Shown: positions 1 to 9,171 of the stretch, one piece after another
How positions within the stretch are numbered: position 1 is the stretch's first letter
How the letters are laid out: every line of letters begins with the position of its first letter
Source of the DNA: Akkermansia muciniphila ATCC BAA-835
Lineage (GTDB): Bacteria > Verrucomicrobiota > Verrucomicrobiia > Verrucomicrobiales > Akkermansiaceae
DNA length: 32,000 nucleotides
Assembly: GCF_000020225.1 (NCBI RefSeq)
Contig: NC_010655.1
Location: 1,080,001 to 1,112,000 of the forward strand
Direction of reading: 5' to 3'
Position numbers and translations under genes: made by a program
Notes under the pieces: model-generated
Seen by the model: the letters and a program-made list of their open reading frames with translations, nothing else
What the model was told of the DNA's origin: nothing
Databases searched by the model: none

Positions 1-220
1 AACCGGGATTGTTGGCATTCCAGGAGGCTAGGTTGTCCACGTCCTTTTCAGTCACTTTCAGGCCGTCGCAATTGCGGAGCAGGGATTCCAGAACGATCCG
101 GATGGAAACGGGAAGGCGGTTCAGGCGGGGATAGCCGTTTTCCGCCAAGGCTGGCAGTGAATAAAACTGTCCCGGGGTTCCGGCTCCCGTGATGAACGTA
201 CTCTTGGCAATCTTGGTCAT
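1..220 (-). CDS. acnA: aconitate hydratase (AcnA/IRP type), N-terminal fragment; the gene runs off the left edge
   Basis: My own reverse-complement translation from the ATG at 220-218 reads [73 protein letters not shown]. The YSLP...LP.SIR..LESLLRN.DG block is the conserved aconitase A N-terminus. It is absent from the ORF track because the window edge truncates it. Confidence 0.8.
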   Translation of the reverse strand, partial: MTKIAKSTFITGAGTPGQFYSLPALAENGYPRLNRLPVSIRIVLESLLRNCDGLKVTEKDVDNLASWNANNPG

Positions 221-488
221 GATGCGGAATAGAGGGTTAACTGTAAACAGGCGGCTGCCCTCCTGGCAGTCGCGGGTACTATACAGGCCAAATGTGATAA
301 GGCAAGGACTCTGTGTGACGGAGGGCGGATTTTCCCCCCCTTCCGGAGCCGGGGAAATTTTTCTCTGAACCGGGGCTGCCGCTTTTTCCGGCATTTTTTC
401 TCCATGCACGCCGCAGGAATCATGGAGTGCGTCATGGAACATTGAAAATGAGTTCGCAGTATTGTCCAACCCTGTGAAAGGTTTCAAG

Positions 489-1052
489 ATGATGAACGCA
501 AAAAACATCTTATCAATCATAGCGGGAGCGTTGGCGCTGGCTGCCTGTTCTGGCCCGCAGGAAGAGAATTTGCGCATAGTTCCCCTGACCGTGCCTGCAA
601 CCGTACCCATGACCTCCTACGGACCGCACGCGAGGGTGGTCGTAGCAGGAATTGATTATACGGAGGTGCACGACGAATGGATGAATCCCGATATCATGAA
701 AAAGGCCACCCCGGGCAATACGCGCGTGGTGATCAGCCGCGGACGCCAAAGGGGCCAGTTGATGGTGGGGGATGAGGTAGCCATGGATTTTCCCGTTTGC
801 GTGGGTAAGGCTTCCCACCGCACGCCCGTGGGCCATTTCCGCATTACGGAAAAGGCAGTGCATCATGTTTCCAATTTGTATGATGCCTCCATGCCTTACT
901 TCATGCGGCTGACGGACAGCGGCATTGGGATGCACGTAGGCCCTGTTTTCCAGACGCCGCAGTCCCATGGGTGCATCCGCATGACCCGCTCTTCCTGCGT
1001 GCCGCTTTTCAAAACCGTTAAGGTAGGCACGCCCGTTACGATTGTACAGTAA
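489..1052 (+). CDS. L,D-transpeptidase (YkuD domain), exported lipoprotein
   Basis: It has the catalytic motif SHGCIRM near the C-terminus and a preceding H.G...MP.F.R block typical of YkuD. The N-terminus [20 protein letters not shown] has a lipobox (LAAC). The track ORF begins at a TTG at 462, and the ATG at 489 is the more likely start. Confidence 0.85.
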   Translation: MMNAKNILSIIAGALALAACSGPQEENLRIVPLTVPATVPMTSYGPHARVVVAGIDYTEVHDEWMNPDIMKKATPGNTRVVISRGRQRGQLMVGDEVAMDFPVCVGKASHRTPVGHFRITEKAVHHVSNLYDASMPYFMRLTDSGIGMHVGPVFQTPQSHGCIRMTRSSCVPLFKTVKVGTPVTIVQ

Positions 1053-1053
1053 T

Positions 1054-1078
1054 GCCCGGAAAATTTCCGGGCGCTTTT
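1054..1078 (+). terminator. intrinsic terminator of the L,D-transpeptidase gene
   Basis: GCCCGGAAA/TTTCCGGGC is a palindromic stem at 1054-1072, two nt after the stop codon, followed by GCTTTT. Confidence 0.6.
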
Positions 1079-1211
1079 CCGGAAGAAAAATTCCCCGCGT
1101 TTTTAAAAAACTCATTTTTTTAAACAAAAAAACGCCGCCCGCCGCTATTTTGATAAACGGCATGTAGATAAACGGTACTTGCCGCAAGTCGCATTGCCTC
1201 AGCAACCCGAA

Positions 1212-1267
1212 CCCTCCATGCCGCTGCCGACTGTATCGTATTCATTCATCGGCAGCGGCATGGAGGG
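1212..1267. repeat. perfect 19-bp inverted repeat with an 18-nt loop in a convergent spacer
   Basis: CCCTCCATGCCGCTGCCGA (1212-1230) has its exact reverse complement TCGGCAGCGGCATGGAGGG at 1249-1267. There is no U-tract on either side. Confidence 0.9.
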
Positions 1268-1424
1268 AAGCCGTCTGCTTGACCGCAGAACTTGGGGAAT
1301 GAACGGGCTGCCCGTATTTCGTGAAGAGGACATGGTGCTTGTTCTCCCGGGGCCGCATTTGTTCCTCCGTGTTGTAAAAGATTAATGGAGAAGAAGGATT
1401 GGCCTCCCCTGCTTTTTCTCCGGA

Positions 1425-2552
1425 TTATTTTTCCGCAGCTTTCCTGTCTGTTCCTTCCCGGTGCAGCAGGGGAAGGTATTTTCCATAACCCTGTGCTTCC
1501 ATGTCCTGTTCAGGAATGAATTTCAGGGAGGCGCTGTTGATGCAGTAGCGCAGTCCGCCCTGTTCCTTCGGGCCGTCTGTGAAAACGTGGCCCAGGTGGG
1601 CGTCTCCCGTTTTGCTGCGGACTTCCGTGCGCCTCATGCCGTGGGAGAAATCCTGTTTTTCCTGAATCAGTTCTTCTTTGATGGGGCGGGAGAAGCTGGG
1701 CCAGCCGCAGCCTGAATCAAACTTGTCCGTGGACAGGAATAAAGGTTCGCCTGTCGTGACGTCCACATAAATGCCAGGTCTGTCGTTATTGAAATATTCA
1801 TTGCGGAAGGGAGGTTCCGTCGCATTATTCCGCGTGACGGCAAATTGCTCGCGTGTCAGGACGCGGCGCAGCTCTTCGTCCGATTTTTTCCGGTAAACAG
1901 GTTCGTTTTCGCGGGCCTGGGACGCTTCCCGGAATTTGGCGGGTGGAATATGGCAGTATCCGCCAGGGTTTTTATCCAGATAGCGCTGATGATATTTTTC
2001 CGCCCGTGAAAATTGGCGGAGGGGCTGAACTTCAATTGCCAGAGGCTGCCTGAAGTGCTGCTGGAGCCTTTTCAGGGACGTTTCTATAACAGGTTTGTCC
2101 TTCTCATCCGCGTAATAGATGCCCGTGCGGTATTGAATTCCCCTGTCGTTTCCCTGTTTGTTGACGGAAACAGGATCAATAATGGAGTAATACCGTTCCA
2201 GAAGAAAGGGCAGACTGAGTTCTTCCGGGTCAAATACTACTTTTACCGTTTCCGCATGGCCCGTTTTCCCGCTGCATACTTCTTCATACGTGGGAGAAGC
2301 CGTGGAGCCGTTGGCATATCCCGCTTCCGTTTCCTTAACGCCGGGCATCAGGGAGAAGTACTTTTCCACTCCCCAGAAACAGCCTCCCGCCAGGTAAATC
2401 GTTTTTAAATCCTTGTTGTCCATATGAGGTTTGTCATTACTGCTTGACTGGCCTTTTTCCCCGCAGGAAAAAAAGGAGAGCATGGCGACTGCGGCCAAAA
2501 TGGCGCATGCCAGTCCGGCCAGTGTCCATGGTCCGTGGTAAATACGCTTCAT
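1425..2552 (-). CDS. msrAB: bifunctional methionine sulfoxide reductase MsrA-MsrB, exported lipoprotein form
   Basis: It has the MsrA active-site motif GGCFWG near residue 57 and the MsrB C-terminal motif [11 protein letters not shown] with GHVF. The N-terminal signal ends in the lipobox FFSCG. Confidence 0.93.
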   Translation of the reverse strand: MKRIYHGPWTLAGLACAILAAVAMLSFFSCGEKGQSSSNDKPHMDNKDLKTIYLAGGCFWGVEKYFSLMPGVKETEAGYANGSTASPTYEEVCSGKTGHAETVKVVFDPEELSLPFLLERYYSIIDPVSVNKQGNDRGIQYRTGIYYADEKDKPVIETSLKRLQQHFRQPLAIEVQPLRQFSRAEKYHQRYLDKNPGGYCHIPPAKFREASQARENEPVYRKKSDEELRRVLTREQFAVTRNNATEPPFRNEYFNNDRPGIYVDVTTGEPLFLSTDKFDSGCGWPSFSRPIKEELIQEKQDFSHGMRRTEVRSKTGDAHLGHVFTDGPKEQGGLRYCINSASLKFIPEQDMEAQGYGKYLPLLHREGTDRKAAEK

Positions 2553-2692
2553 AAACGCTGTATGGAGTCGCCTTCCGGTGCGGGAGCAGCGGCTCCCTGG
2601 GCCGGGGAACTGCTGTCCCCCGGCTTTTCCGGAAAGGTAAATGATTAGACAACAGCGGGTTCATTCCGTTCGATACCTGTGTCCATATTTCC

Positions 2693-3262
2693 TTATTTCT
2701 CCCGTTTTTCCGTCTTCATCCTGTTTTTCAGCCACTGGTAAATAGCCCGGTCGGAGGCATCCGGTTTTCTGCTTGTCTGCATGCTGAATCCGTATTTGGT
2801 TCGGAAGTTGAAAACGGCCAGAGAAGGGCTCAGGCCGATGGAAAGCCCCTCCATCCGTATTTCCACCTCTTGCGGGACATGGCTGGAGAAGTCGAGGCGT
2901 CCGGCATTGGTGACGGTTTCCACATAGTGTTTCAGGAAAGGCTGGATGCTGGCCAGGAAGGAGGGTTCCAGAGCCATGCGGCAGCGTTCCGGGGAAGAAT
3001 TTTCCCTGACAAGAATGGCGGAAGGAGCTGCGATGGCGTGGGCGGGCCTTAACGTATTCAGCGGAACATTCCATAAAAAGGAAAACAGCCCCGTGCCCAG
3101 GAGAAAAAGAAGGACGGCCAGGGCGCCAAGCCATTTGACCCGTTTGTTTACTGATTGATGACAGGGCCGGCCTTCGTTCATGGAGAGAAGCATGGCATAA
3201 TATTCCATGGTGATCCATGAAAGAATTTGCCAGGAAGCAGATGGGAATTCCCGTCCCCGCAT
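2693..3262 (-). CDS. hypothetical single-pass membrane protein
   Basis: This frame has protein-like composition and one clear hydrophobic helix (WLGALAVLLFLLGTGLFSFLW). The overlapping 222-aa frame (2661-3329) is rich in R, P and H and looks like noise. The start is uncertain, with in-frame ATGs at 3262, 3208, 3193 and 3181. I recognise no family. Confidence 0.55.
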   Translation of the reverse strand: MRGREFPSASWQILSWITMEYYAMLLSMNEGRPCHQSVNKRVKWLGALAVLLFLLGTGLFSFLWNVPLNTLRPAHAIAAPSAILVRENSSPERCRMALEPSFLASIQPFLKHYVETVTNAGRLDFSSHVPQEVEIRMEGLSIGLSPSLAVFNFRTKYGFSMQTSRKPDASDRAIYQWLKNRMKTEKREK

Positions 3263-3347
3263 GAGGGAATTTTTGTACTATAACATGAAAAGCATGAAAA
3301 AAAACGCTGGAAATCATGTATAGTATCATTAAATATTAATGTAGTGT

Positions 3348-5591
3348 ATGAGAAAAGATTCCATTTTTCTTTCCATTTTTTTATTTTTCCTTTTTCTGAC
3401 AATCTCCGTAAATAAATCCCTCGCGGAAAAATATCCTTCGCTGGATGTTCCGGAAGACATTTTGCTCCACGTGAAAGAAGCTGCTTCCTCCCAGTCCCCC
3501 TATTCCGGCAATCATTCCGTAAAGCAGGCTGTGGACGGCTCTATGGAATCCGCCAACTGGCATGTTCCCGGAGTGCATCATGTGGAGGGGGAATTTGTGT
3601 TTGAAGTGCCGGAGACCATTCATTACATCATTTTTTCCGGAGCCAATTTCAATGAAATTGCCGTGTCCGCCATGTCCGGCTCGTCTTGGAAGGACCTTGG
3701 AAAATTCGATATCGGCGGCTCCAGGATGATCAGATTTAAAAAGCCTCTTCAAAAGGTTCGGAAAATCAGGTTGACGGTTGATTATCCCGAAGGTTCCTCT
3801 CCGTCTTTTACCGTACGGGAAATCAGCTTTTACAAAAGGGTGGAGTCCGCACTTAACCGGAAATTGCTGAAAGTATTTAAGGACACGAGCTGCTCCTCCA
3901 TCAACCCCAGGTGTACCCTGACGGACCTCAAGGCTCTTCCGGAGTTTTTACAGATGATTGCGAAGAAAATAAAATCCGGCGATTATGAAGACAAAGAATT
4001 CCGCATTGCTTCCTATAAGGCTTACAGCCATCCGGAGTTTGCTGCGAAGGTGAGAAATATCAACGCCCTGAACAAATTTGACAATCCTACCGGAATTGTC
4101 GCGGAGAAAGGAGATGAAATTCTTGTGTTCGTAGGACCTACCCATGGAGAAGATATTGGGCTGGCCTCCGTTTCTCCAGCGGGAATAGAGTCTTCCTCCT
4201 ATCCTTTGAATGAAGGGGTAAACAAAATTAGAATCAACCGTTCGGGATTGCTTTACGTGATGTATCACACCGATATCAGCCCGCCCAAGAAGCCGATAAC
4301 GGTGCATATTCCTGTGGGAAGCGGCATAGTGAATGGATATTTTGACGTGACGAGGCACACGGATAAGGACTGGAAGCGTATGATCAGCAACGCCCCGCAT
4401 AGCATGTTCGATATCGTTGGGCGGAATTCCATGATGATTCTTCACACAAAGTACCTGAAAGATTACAGTCCGGATTCCATTACGAAATCCGTCAGGGTAT
4501 GGGATGAAAGCGTCAAGGCCATGTGGAAAATCATGGGATTTGACAAGTATCCCCAGCCGCACAATAACCGGCAGCTTGGCGTTTCCGTAGAAGGAGGAGC
4601 CCATATGTTTGCAACCTGGTATTACTGCGGCTACAGTATTGGAGATCAGGGAAATACGCTGAAAAATGAAGTGCTCGCTCCTGGAGTTCTTCAGGGAAAC
4701 CGCCTTTGGGGAATCGGGCATGAAATCGGTCATTGCTACCAGCATCCGTTCAACTGGCGCAGCATGTCGGAAAGTTCCAACAATTTTTTTGCCCAGCTGA
4801 TTCTGGACCAGGTGACCAATGCCATTAATGGCAATGAGCAGGCCTCCGATATGGAAAACCCGTGCAAATACCTGCTTTCAGAAGCGGTAAAGGGCATGCC
4901 GTTCCATGATTTGAACGGCTGGGCCAAATGGGGTTTTGCTCAATATTCCTTCTATCTGTATTTCCATAAGCTGGGAATCAATCCCGAATTTTATCCTAGG
5001 CTGTTTGAATCATTGCGGCGCAAGCCGCTTTCCAGGCAGGCGTATGAGGTTTCCGAAGCCCATTTGGCCTTGTATGAACGCATTTGCAATATCAGCAGGA
5101 CGGACTTTACCGATGACTTTGAAATTTTTAATTGGTTTGTCCCGATTGACCGCAAGGGGCATCAATATGGGGATTACAGTTTTAAAATGACAGAGGAAAT
5201 GGCCCGGGCATCCAAGGCCCGCATTGCCGCCAAACGGTACCCCAAACCGAAATTCCGCATTGCCTTCCTGCATCAGCATGGAAAGACGGTCAATTTGTGG
5301 GGGCAGAATCTGCATGGGTCCCAGCTCAACGGCTATTGGACCAAATACAAGCAGAACGCAAAACTCAGCCCGTCTGTAAGCGCCTCCAAAAAGGATAACA
5401 TGATTATTGTGCGGAATGGGGAAAATGCAGCCGCTTTCTGTGTAGTGACCAATGGAAAGGTGGTAGGTTATTATGACCGTCAGAAGTTTGACGTTTCCGG
5501 CGTGGAATGGAATGATACCTCTAAAGTGTACGCCATCCCGATTCAGACGGCGGAACCTTATAAGTTGATTTATGCTGCCGGGCGTTCCTGA
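3348..5591 (+). CDS. secreted M60-like (enhancin-type) zinc metallopeptidase with an N-terminal F5/8 type C / CBM32-like domain; putative mucinase
   Basis: It has a signal peptide MRKDSIFLSIFLFFLFLTISVNKSLA. The discoidin-like block reads AVDGS..S.W....followed by TVREISFY. The zinc motif HEIGH (nt 4719-4733) has a downstream Glu (HEIGHCYQHPFNWRSMSE), matching the M60 HExxH(x8-28)E pattern. Confidence 0.8.
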   Translation: MRKDSIFLSIFLFFLFLTISVNKSLAEKYPSLDVPEDILLHVKEAASSQSPYSGNHSVKQAVDGSMESANWHVPGVHHVEGEFVFEVPETIHYIIFSGANFNEIAVSAMSGSSWKDLGKFDIGGSRMIRFKKPLQKVRKIRLTVDYPEGSSPSFTVREISFYKRVESALNRKLLKVFKDTSCSSINPRCTLTDLKALPEFLQMIAKKIKSGDYEDKEFRIASYKAYSHPEFAAKVRNINALNKFDNPTGIVAEKGDEILVFVGPTHGEDIGLASVSPAGIESSSYPLNEGVNKIRINRSGLLYVMYHTDISPPKKPITVHIPVGSGIVNGYFDVTRHTDKDWKRMISNAPHSMFDIVGRNSMMILHTKYLKDYSPDSITKSVRVWDESVKAMWKIMGFDKYPQPHNNRQLGVSVEGGAHMFATWYYCGYSIGDQGNTLKNEVLAPGVLQGNRLWGIGHEIGHCYQHPFNWRSMSESSNNFFAQLILDQVTNAINGNEQASDMENPCKYLLSEAVKGMPFHDLNGWAKWGFAQYSFYLYFHKLGINPEFYPRLFESLRRKPLSRQAYEVSEAHLALYERICNISRTDFTDDFEIFNWFVPIDRKGHQYGDYSFKMTEEMARASKARIAAKRYPKPKFRIAFLHQHGKTVNLWGQNLHGSQLNGYWTKYKQNAKLSPSVSASKKDNMIIVRNGENAAAFCVVTNGKVVGYYDRQKFDVSGVEWNDTSKVYAIPIQTAEPYKLIYAAGRS

Positions 5592-5610
5592 CCGTGTTTT
5601 GGAGGTTTGG

Positions 5611-5643
5611 GAAAAGCCTCCCGGAAAATCATATTCCGGGAGG
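5611..5643. terminator. stem-loop between convergent genes; a canonical terminator for rtcB and possibly bidirectional
   Basis: CCTCCCGGAA (5617-5626) pairs with TTCCGGGAGG (5634-5643) around a 7-nt loop. The A-run at 5612-5615 gives a U-tract on the minus strand. There is no U-tract on the plus strand. Confidence 0.65.
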
Positions 5644-5663
5644 GGCGGGTATTGGGACGCCTG

Positions 5664-6779
5664 CTATTCGGGTGCCTTGAAGTTATATACGGGCCTGATG
5701 CGTTCCACGATTTCCGCCGTTTCATGGATGTTGTCCAGCACGCTCTCGCCATCCTTGTAGGCCATTGGCGCTTCATCCAGCGTAGCGCGGGAAACGCAGG
5801 TGGAGAAAATACCCTGCATGGAAGCCTCGAATTCCTCCAGGGAAAGATTGGCTTTAGCCTTTTTGCGGGACATGCTGCGGCCTGCGCCGTGCGGAGATGA
5901 GGAATTGAATTCTTCATTTCCTTTGCCGATGCAGATGACGGAGCCGTCACGCATATTCAGGGGAACGATGAGTTTTTCTCCGCGTCCGGCCCGGACGGCT
6001 CCCTTGCGGATGATTTGGTCTTCCGCAATGTAGTTGTGCACGGTGTCGAAACTTTCCAGATCAGCTGCATCATCCAGCAGTTCATGCAGTATCACGCGGC
6101 GGTTCAGGGCTGCGAAGCGCTGAGCCACCTTCATATCCCGCATGTAGTTCAGCGTATTTTCTCCCTGAAGGTAGCAGAGTCCTTTCTTGCGTTCTTTAAG
6201 ATAGGCGTCCGGACAAGTATCCACGGCGATTTTCTGGTAGCGTTCCGCAATCTTCAGACCGAAATTGCGGGAACCGGAGTGGATGCACAGGAAAGCGTGC
6301 TCTTTCCCTTGCGCTATTTCAATGAAGTGGTTGCCTCCTCCCAGAGACCCTACGGAGCGGCGGTGCCTGTCTTTGTCCGTTCTCAGCACGTCCATGCAGA
6401 TGCGGGAGATTTCTTCATCCAGTTCCGGGTCGTCCAGCAAGGCTTGATGAACGGAGGGACGGGCATGCATCCCGGATGGGACGCGCTCGCGCAGGCGTGC
6501 GTCAAAGCTGGAAAAATCCGGCAGTCCGGACAGTCTGGCGGTAAGCACTCCGCAGCCGATATCCACGCCGATCAGGTTGGGAATTACCTTATCCGTTTTC
6601 AATTCCGCCGTGAACCCGATGACGCAGCCGGCTCCGGCGTGCACGTCCGGCATGATGCGCACCCGGCTTCCTTCAAAGGCGGGGTGGTTGCAGACGTCCC
6701 TGATCTGGGTGCGGGCCAGGTCTTCCAGTTCATCCGTGAACACGCGGGCTTCCGTGTATTTTCCGTCAATGGTGATCAT
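5664..6779 (-). CDS. rtcB: RtcB-family RNA 3'-phosphate ligase (short, 371 aa)
   Basis: RtcB signature blocks are present: DVHAGAGCVIGF, LGGGNHFIE, HSGSRNFG, HNYI and SSPHGAGR. Confidence 0.92.
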   Translation of the reverse strand: MITIDGKYTEARVFTDELEDLARTQIRDVCNHPAFEGSRVRIMPDVHAGAGCVIGFTAELKTDKVIPNLIGVDIGCGVLTARLSGLPDFSSFDARLRERVPSGMHARPSVHQALLDDPELDEEISRICMDVLRTDKDRHRRSVGSLGGGNHFIEIAQGKEHAFLCIHSGSRNFGLKIAERYQKIAVDTCPDAYLKERKKGLCYLQGENTLNYMRDMKVAQRFAALNRRVILHELLDDAADLESFDTVHNYIAEDQIIRKGAVRAGRGEKLIVPLNMRDGSVICIGKGNEEFNSSSPHGAGRSMSRKKAKANLSLEEFEASMQGIFSTCVSRATLDEAPMAYKDGESVLDNIHETAEIVERIRPVYNFKAPE

Positions 6780-6836
6780 GGTTTTATTCTTTTGGTTGAG
6801 GGGCGCGGAGATATGCGGAAAGCGCCTTCGCGCCCT

Positions 6837-6899
6837 GTGACCTTGTCACCATAACGCATTTGTTGACTCTTGCATTATATAAGTATTCATATTATATAA
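6837..6899. promoter_or_regulatory. candidate operator region in the rtcB/lysR divergent spacer
   Basis: The palindromic octamer TTATATAA occurs twice (6875-6882 and 6892-6899, 17-bp period). Together the two copies form TATAA-N9-TTATA, which resembles a LysR T-N11-A box. A further dyad GTGAC-N3-GTCAC lies at 6837-6849. A TTGACT hexamer sits at 6863-6868. Confidence 0.4.
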
Positions 6900-6909
6900 C
6901 TATAAAGTT

Positions 6910-7827
6910 ATGTTTGAGCATCTTTTCGCAGAACGGGGACTGTCCCTGGACCGATTGAAAACCTTGATAGAAGTGGCCAAGGCTGGGAGCATTGCCGCTG
7001 CCGCCCGGGGGGATAGTGCGCGGCAGAGCCTGTATTCCCGGCAGATTAAGGAATTGGAGGAATTCTTCGGTGTGGAACTGGCGAGCCGCCGCGGGAAAGT
7101 GCTGGCTCTTACCGGAGCCGGGTGGGAGCTGGTGAGGCTGGCCAGTGAAAGCCTGTGCCTGCTGGATGATTTTAAAAGCCGGAGCCGGAATCTGCCCTAC
7201 CGGTTCACTATCGGAGCCGGGGACAGCCTGCATGCTTGGGTGGTGGCTCCCGTGCTGGCGAGTATCCAGAAACGGGGGCTGCCGTGGCTTTTCGCGCTGG
7301 AGAACCTCCGCAACAGTGAGATTCCCTCTAAGCTCCAGAATATGGATATAGACTTCGGCATTGTGCGTACCAGCGCGCTGGAGGCGGAAGGGTTGGAAAG
7401 CCGGGTCATTTGCTCCATGGATTATGCGCTGTACGTTCCTGCAGCCCTGGCCGGGAAAAAGGCGCGGGGGAAGAAGGAGGATTTTCTCCGCCTGCTGGAA
7501 ATGTTCCCCCTGGCAACGCTGGGGAGCGGTTCCGGGTTTCATGCGTTGCTGAAAAGGAATTGCGCTGAGTTCGGCATCAGGCTGCGGGTGCAGTGTGAAA
7601 CGCAATCTTTTCCTTTTGCGGCCCGCATGTTGAAGAGCGGAGCGTTCATGGCAATCCTGCCCTGCATGGCGGAAAAAGAACTGGGGGAAGGATTTGTCAA
7701 GGTTACTCATCCGGCGCTGGACGGGCTGTCCCGCAGTATTTCCCTGGCCTGGAATCCGCGGTTGCTGCGCGTGAGGCCTTCAGCCAAACGGGTAATTGAT
7801 GTTTTTTCCATCCCGGAACGGGAGTGA
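6910..7827 (+). CDS. LysR-family transcriptional regulator
   Basis: The N-terminal winged helix-turn-helix reads LDRLKTLIEVAKAGSIAAAARGDSARQSLYSRQIKELEEFFGVELASRRGK. It is about 300 aa with a LysR substrate-binding-like C-terminal portion, and it is divergent from rtcB. Confidence 0.9.
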   Translation: MFEHLFAERGLSLDRLKTLIEVAKAGSIAAAARGDSARQSLYSRQIKELEEFFGVELASRRGKVLALTGAGWELVRLASESLCLLDDFKSRSRNLPYRFTIGAGDSLHAWVVAPVLASIQKRGLPWLFALENLRNSEIPSKLQNMDIDFGIVRTSALEAEGLESRVICSMDYALYVPAALAGKKARGKKEDFLRLLEMFPLATLGSGSGFHALLKRNCAEFGIRLRVQCETQSFPFAARMLKSGAFMAILPCMAEKELGEGFVKVTHPALDGLSRSISLAWNPRLLRVRPSAKRVIDVFSIPERE

Positions 7828-7838
7828 TGGAAGGAAAA

Positions 7839-9071
7839 TCAATCAGAATCCACGCCCAATTTATTTTTACGGTAGTGGTCCAGGGAGATGCGGTAAAAAT
7901 ATACGATCGCCAGCAAATTCAGCAGGGCTCCCGTTCCGAAGGCCCAGTTCAGGTTCAGGTACGCGTAAATTTTGCCTCCCAGGAACATGCCTGTTCCCAC
8001 CCCGATGTCAAAAGCGGTGAAAAATGTGGAATTGACGGCTCCCCGGTGGCCGCGGTCCGCCATGTTCAGTTTCATGGTTTGGAACGTGGGGATGAAAATG
8101 CCGAAGCCAAAGCCGATGAGGATGGCGGAAGCGTAATAGATCCATTCCAGCGGCGCCAGCGCCAGCGCGCCGAAACTGACGGTCAGGATGCTCAGGGAGA
8201 TGACGGAAAGCTCCGCCACGCGTCCGCGGTCGATTTGCCTGCCTACCATGAACCTGGAGACCAGCATGCCCAGCCCCATCAGCGCGTAAAACAGCCCGGC
8301 GTATTTGAACCCGTGCATTTCCCCGTACAGGGCGGAATACACGGCCACCACGCCATAAGAGAAGGTGGCGATCATCACGTTCACCGCCAGCGGAATGCCC
8401 ACGCGCAGCACAAGACGGTCCAGTACCTTTTTAGGCGTTTCATACACGGGCTCCTGAACAGGGCTCCTGGGAACGCGGATGAGAGATGCAATGCCCGCTC
8501 CGGCCAGGCACAGGAGCAGGGAGCTCCAGGTAATCACGTAAAAGCCGTACTGCTGGTATACCTGAAGGCCGATGACGGGGCCCAGGCACATGCCCAGCGT
8601 CATTGTCATGCCAAAGAAGCCCAGGCCTTCCCCGCGGCGGGCAGGGGGGATGATATCCACCGCCATTGTCGGGCCGGAGGTGGTCATGCCTCCCCAGATC
8701 AGGCCCTGTATGAAGCGCGTCAGGAAAAACGCCAGGGCGGTGGCGGCCGCAGCATACCCTGAAAAGGACAGGGCCAGCATAATGTAAACCGTGATGTAAA
8801 TCTTCTTGCGGTCTCCGGTATCCACCCGGTGCGCGAACCAGGGGCGGGAGATAATGGCGGCCAGAACATAAATGGACATGATCCAGCCCAGCCAGCCAGA
8901 GGAGACCTGCAATTGTCCCGTCAGGTACAGCGGGAGAACGGGCACCAGTTCATAGAAGGCCAGCCCCGTCATTAAGTTGGCGCAACAGGCCAGGATGTAG
9001 TCTCGCGTCCAGAGAGGCGCTTTGACGGATGGTGCGGTTTCCGCCGCCAATTCATCTCTTGTCCGAGTCAT
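7839..9071 (-). CDS. MFS transporter
   Basis: It is 410 aa with about 12 hydrophobic segments and an MFS loop 2-3 type motif (RPWFAHRVDTGDRKK). The stop codon lies only 11 nt from the convergent lysR stop. Confidence 0.85.
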   Translation of the reverse strand: MTRTRDELAAETAPSVKAPLWTRDYILACCANLMTGLAFYELVPVLPLYLTGQLQVSSGWLGWIMSIYVLAAIISRPWFAHRVDTGDRKKIYITVYIMLALSFSGYAAAATALAFFLTRFIQGLIWGGMTTSGPTMAVDIIPPARRGEGLGFFGMTMTLGMCLGPVIGLQVYQQYGFYVITWSSLLLCLAGAGIASLIRVPRSPVQEPVYETPKKVLDRLVLRVGIPLAVNVMIATFSYGVVAVYSALYGEMHGFKYAGLFYALMGLGMLVSRFMVGRQIDRGRVAELSVISLSILTVSFGALALAPLEWIYYASAILIGFGFGIFIPTFQTMKLNMADRGHRGAVNSTFFTAFDIGVGTGMFLGGKIYAYLNLNWAFGTGALLNLLAIVYFYRISLDHYRKNKLGVDSD

Positions 9072-9171
9072 GCAGGGGTTGTACAGCCGTTGGGAAAAGT
9101 TTCAAACGGCCTGACGTGTCATGATGATGAGCGGGGGGAAGAAGGCCCTGATGAATCCTTGTTGGGAGAAG

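Noticed and set aside
2661-3329. A 222-aa alternative frame overlapping the membrane-protein gene at 2693-3262.
   Set aside because: Its composition is biased towards R, P, H and G. It has no hydrophobic helix or motif, and the 189-aa frame is the better coding candidate.
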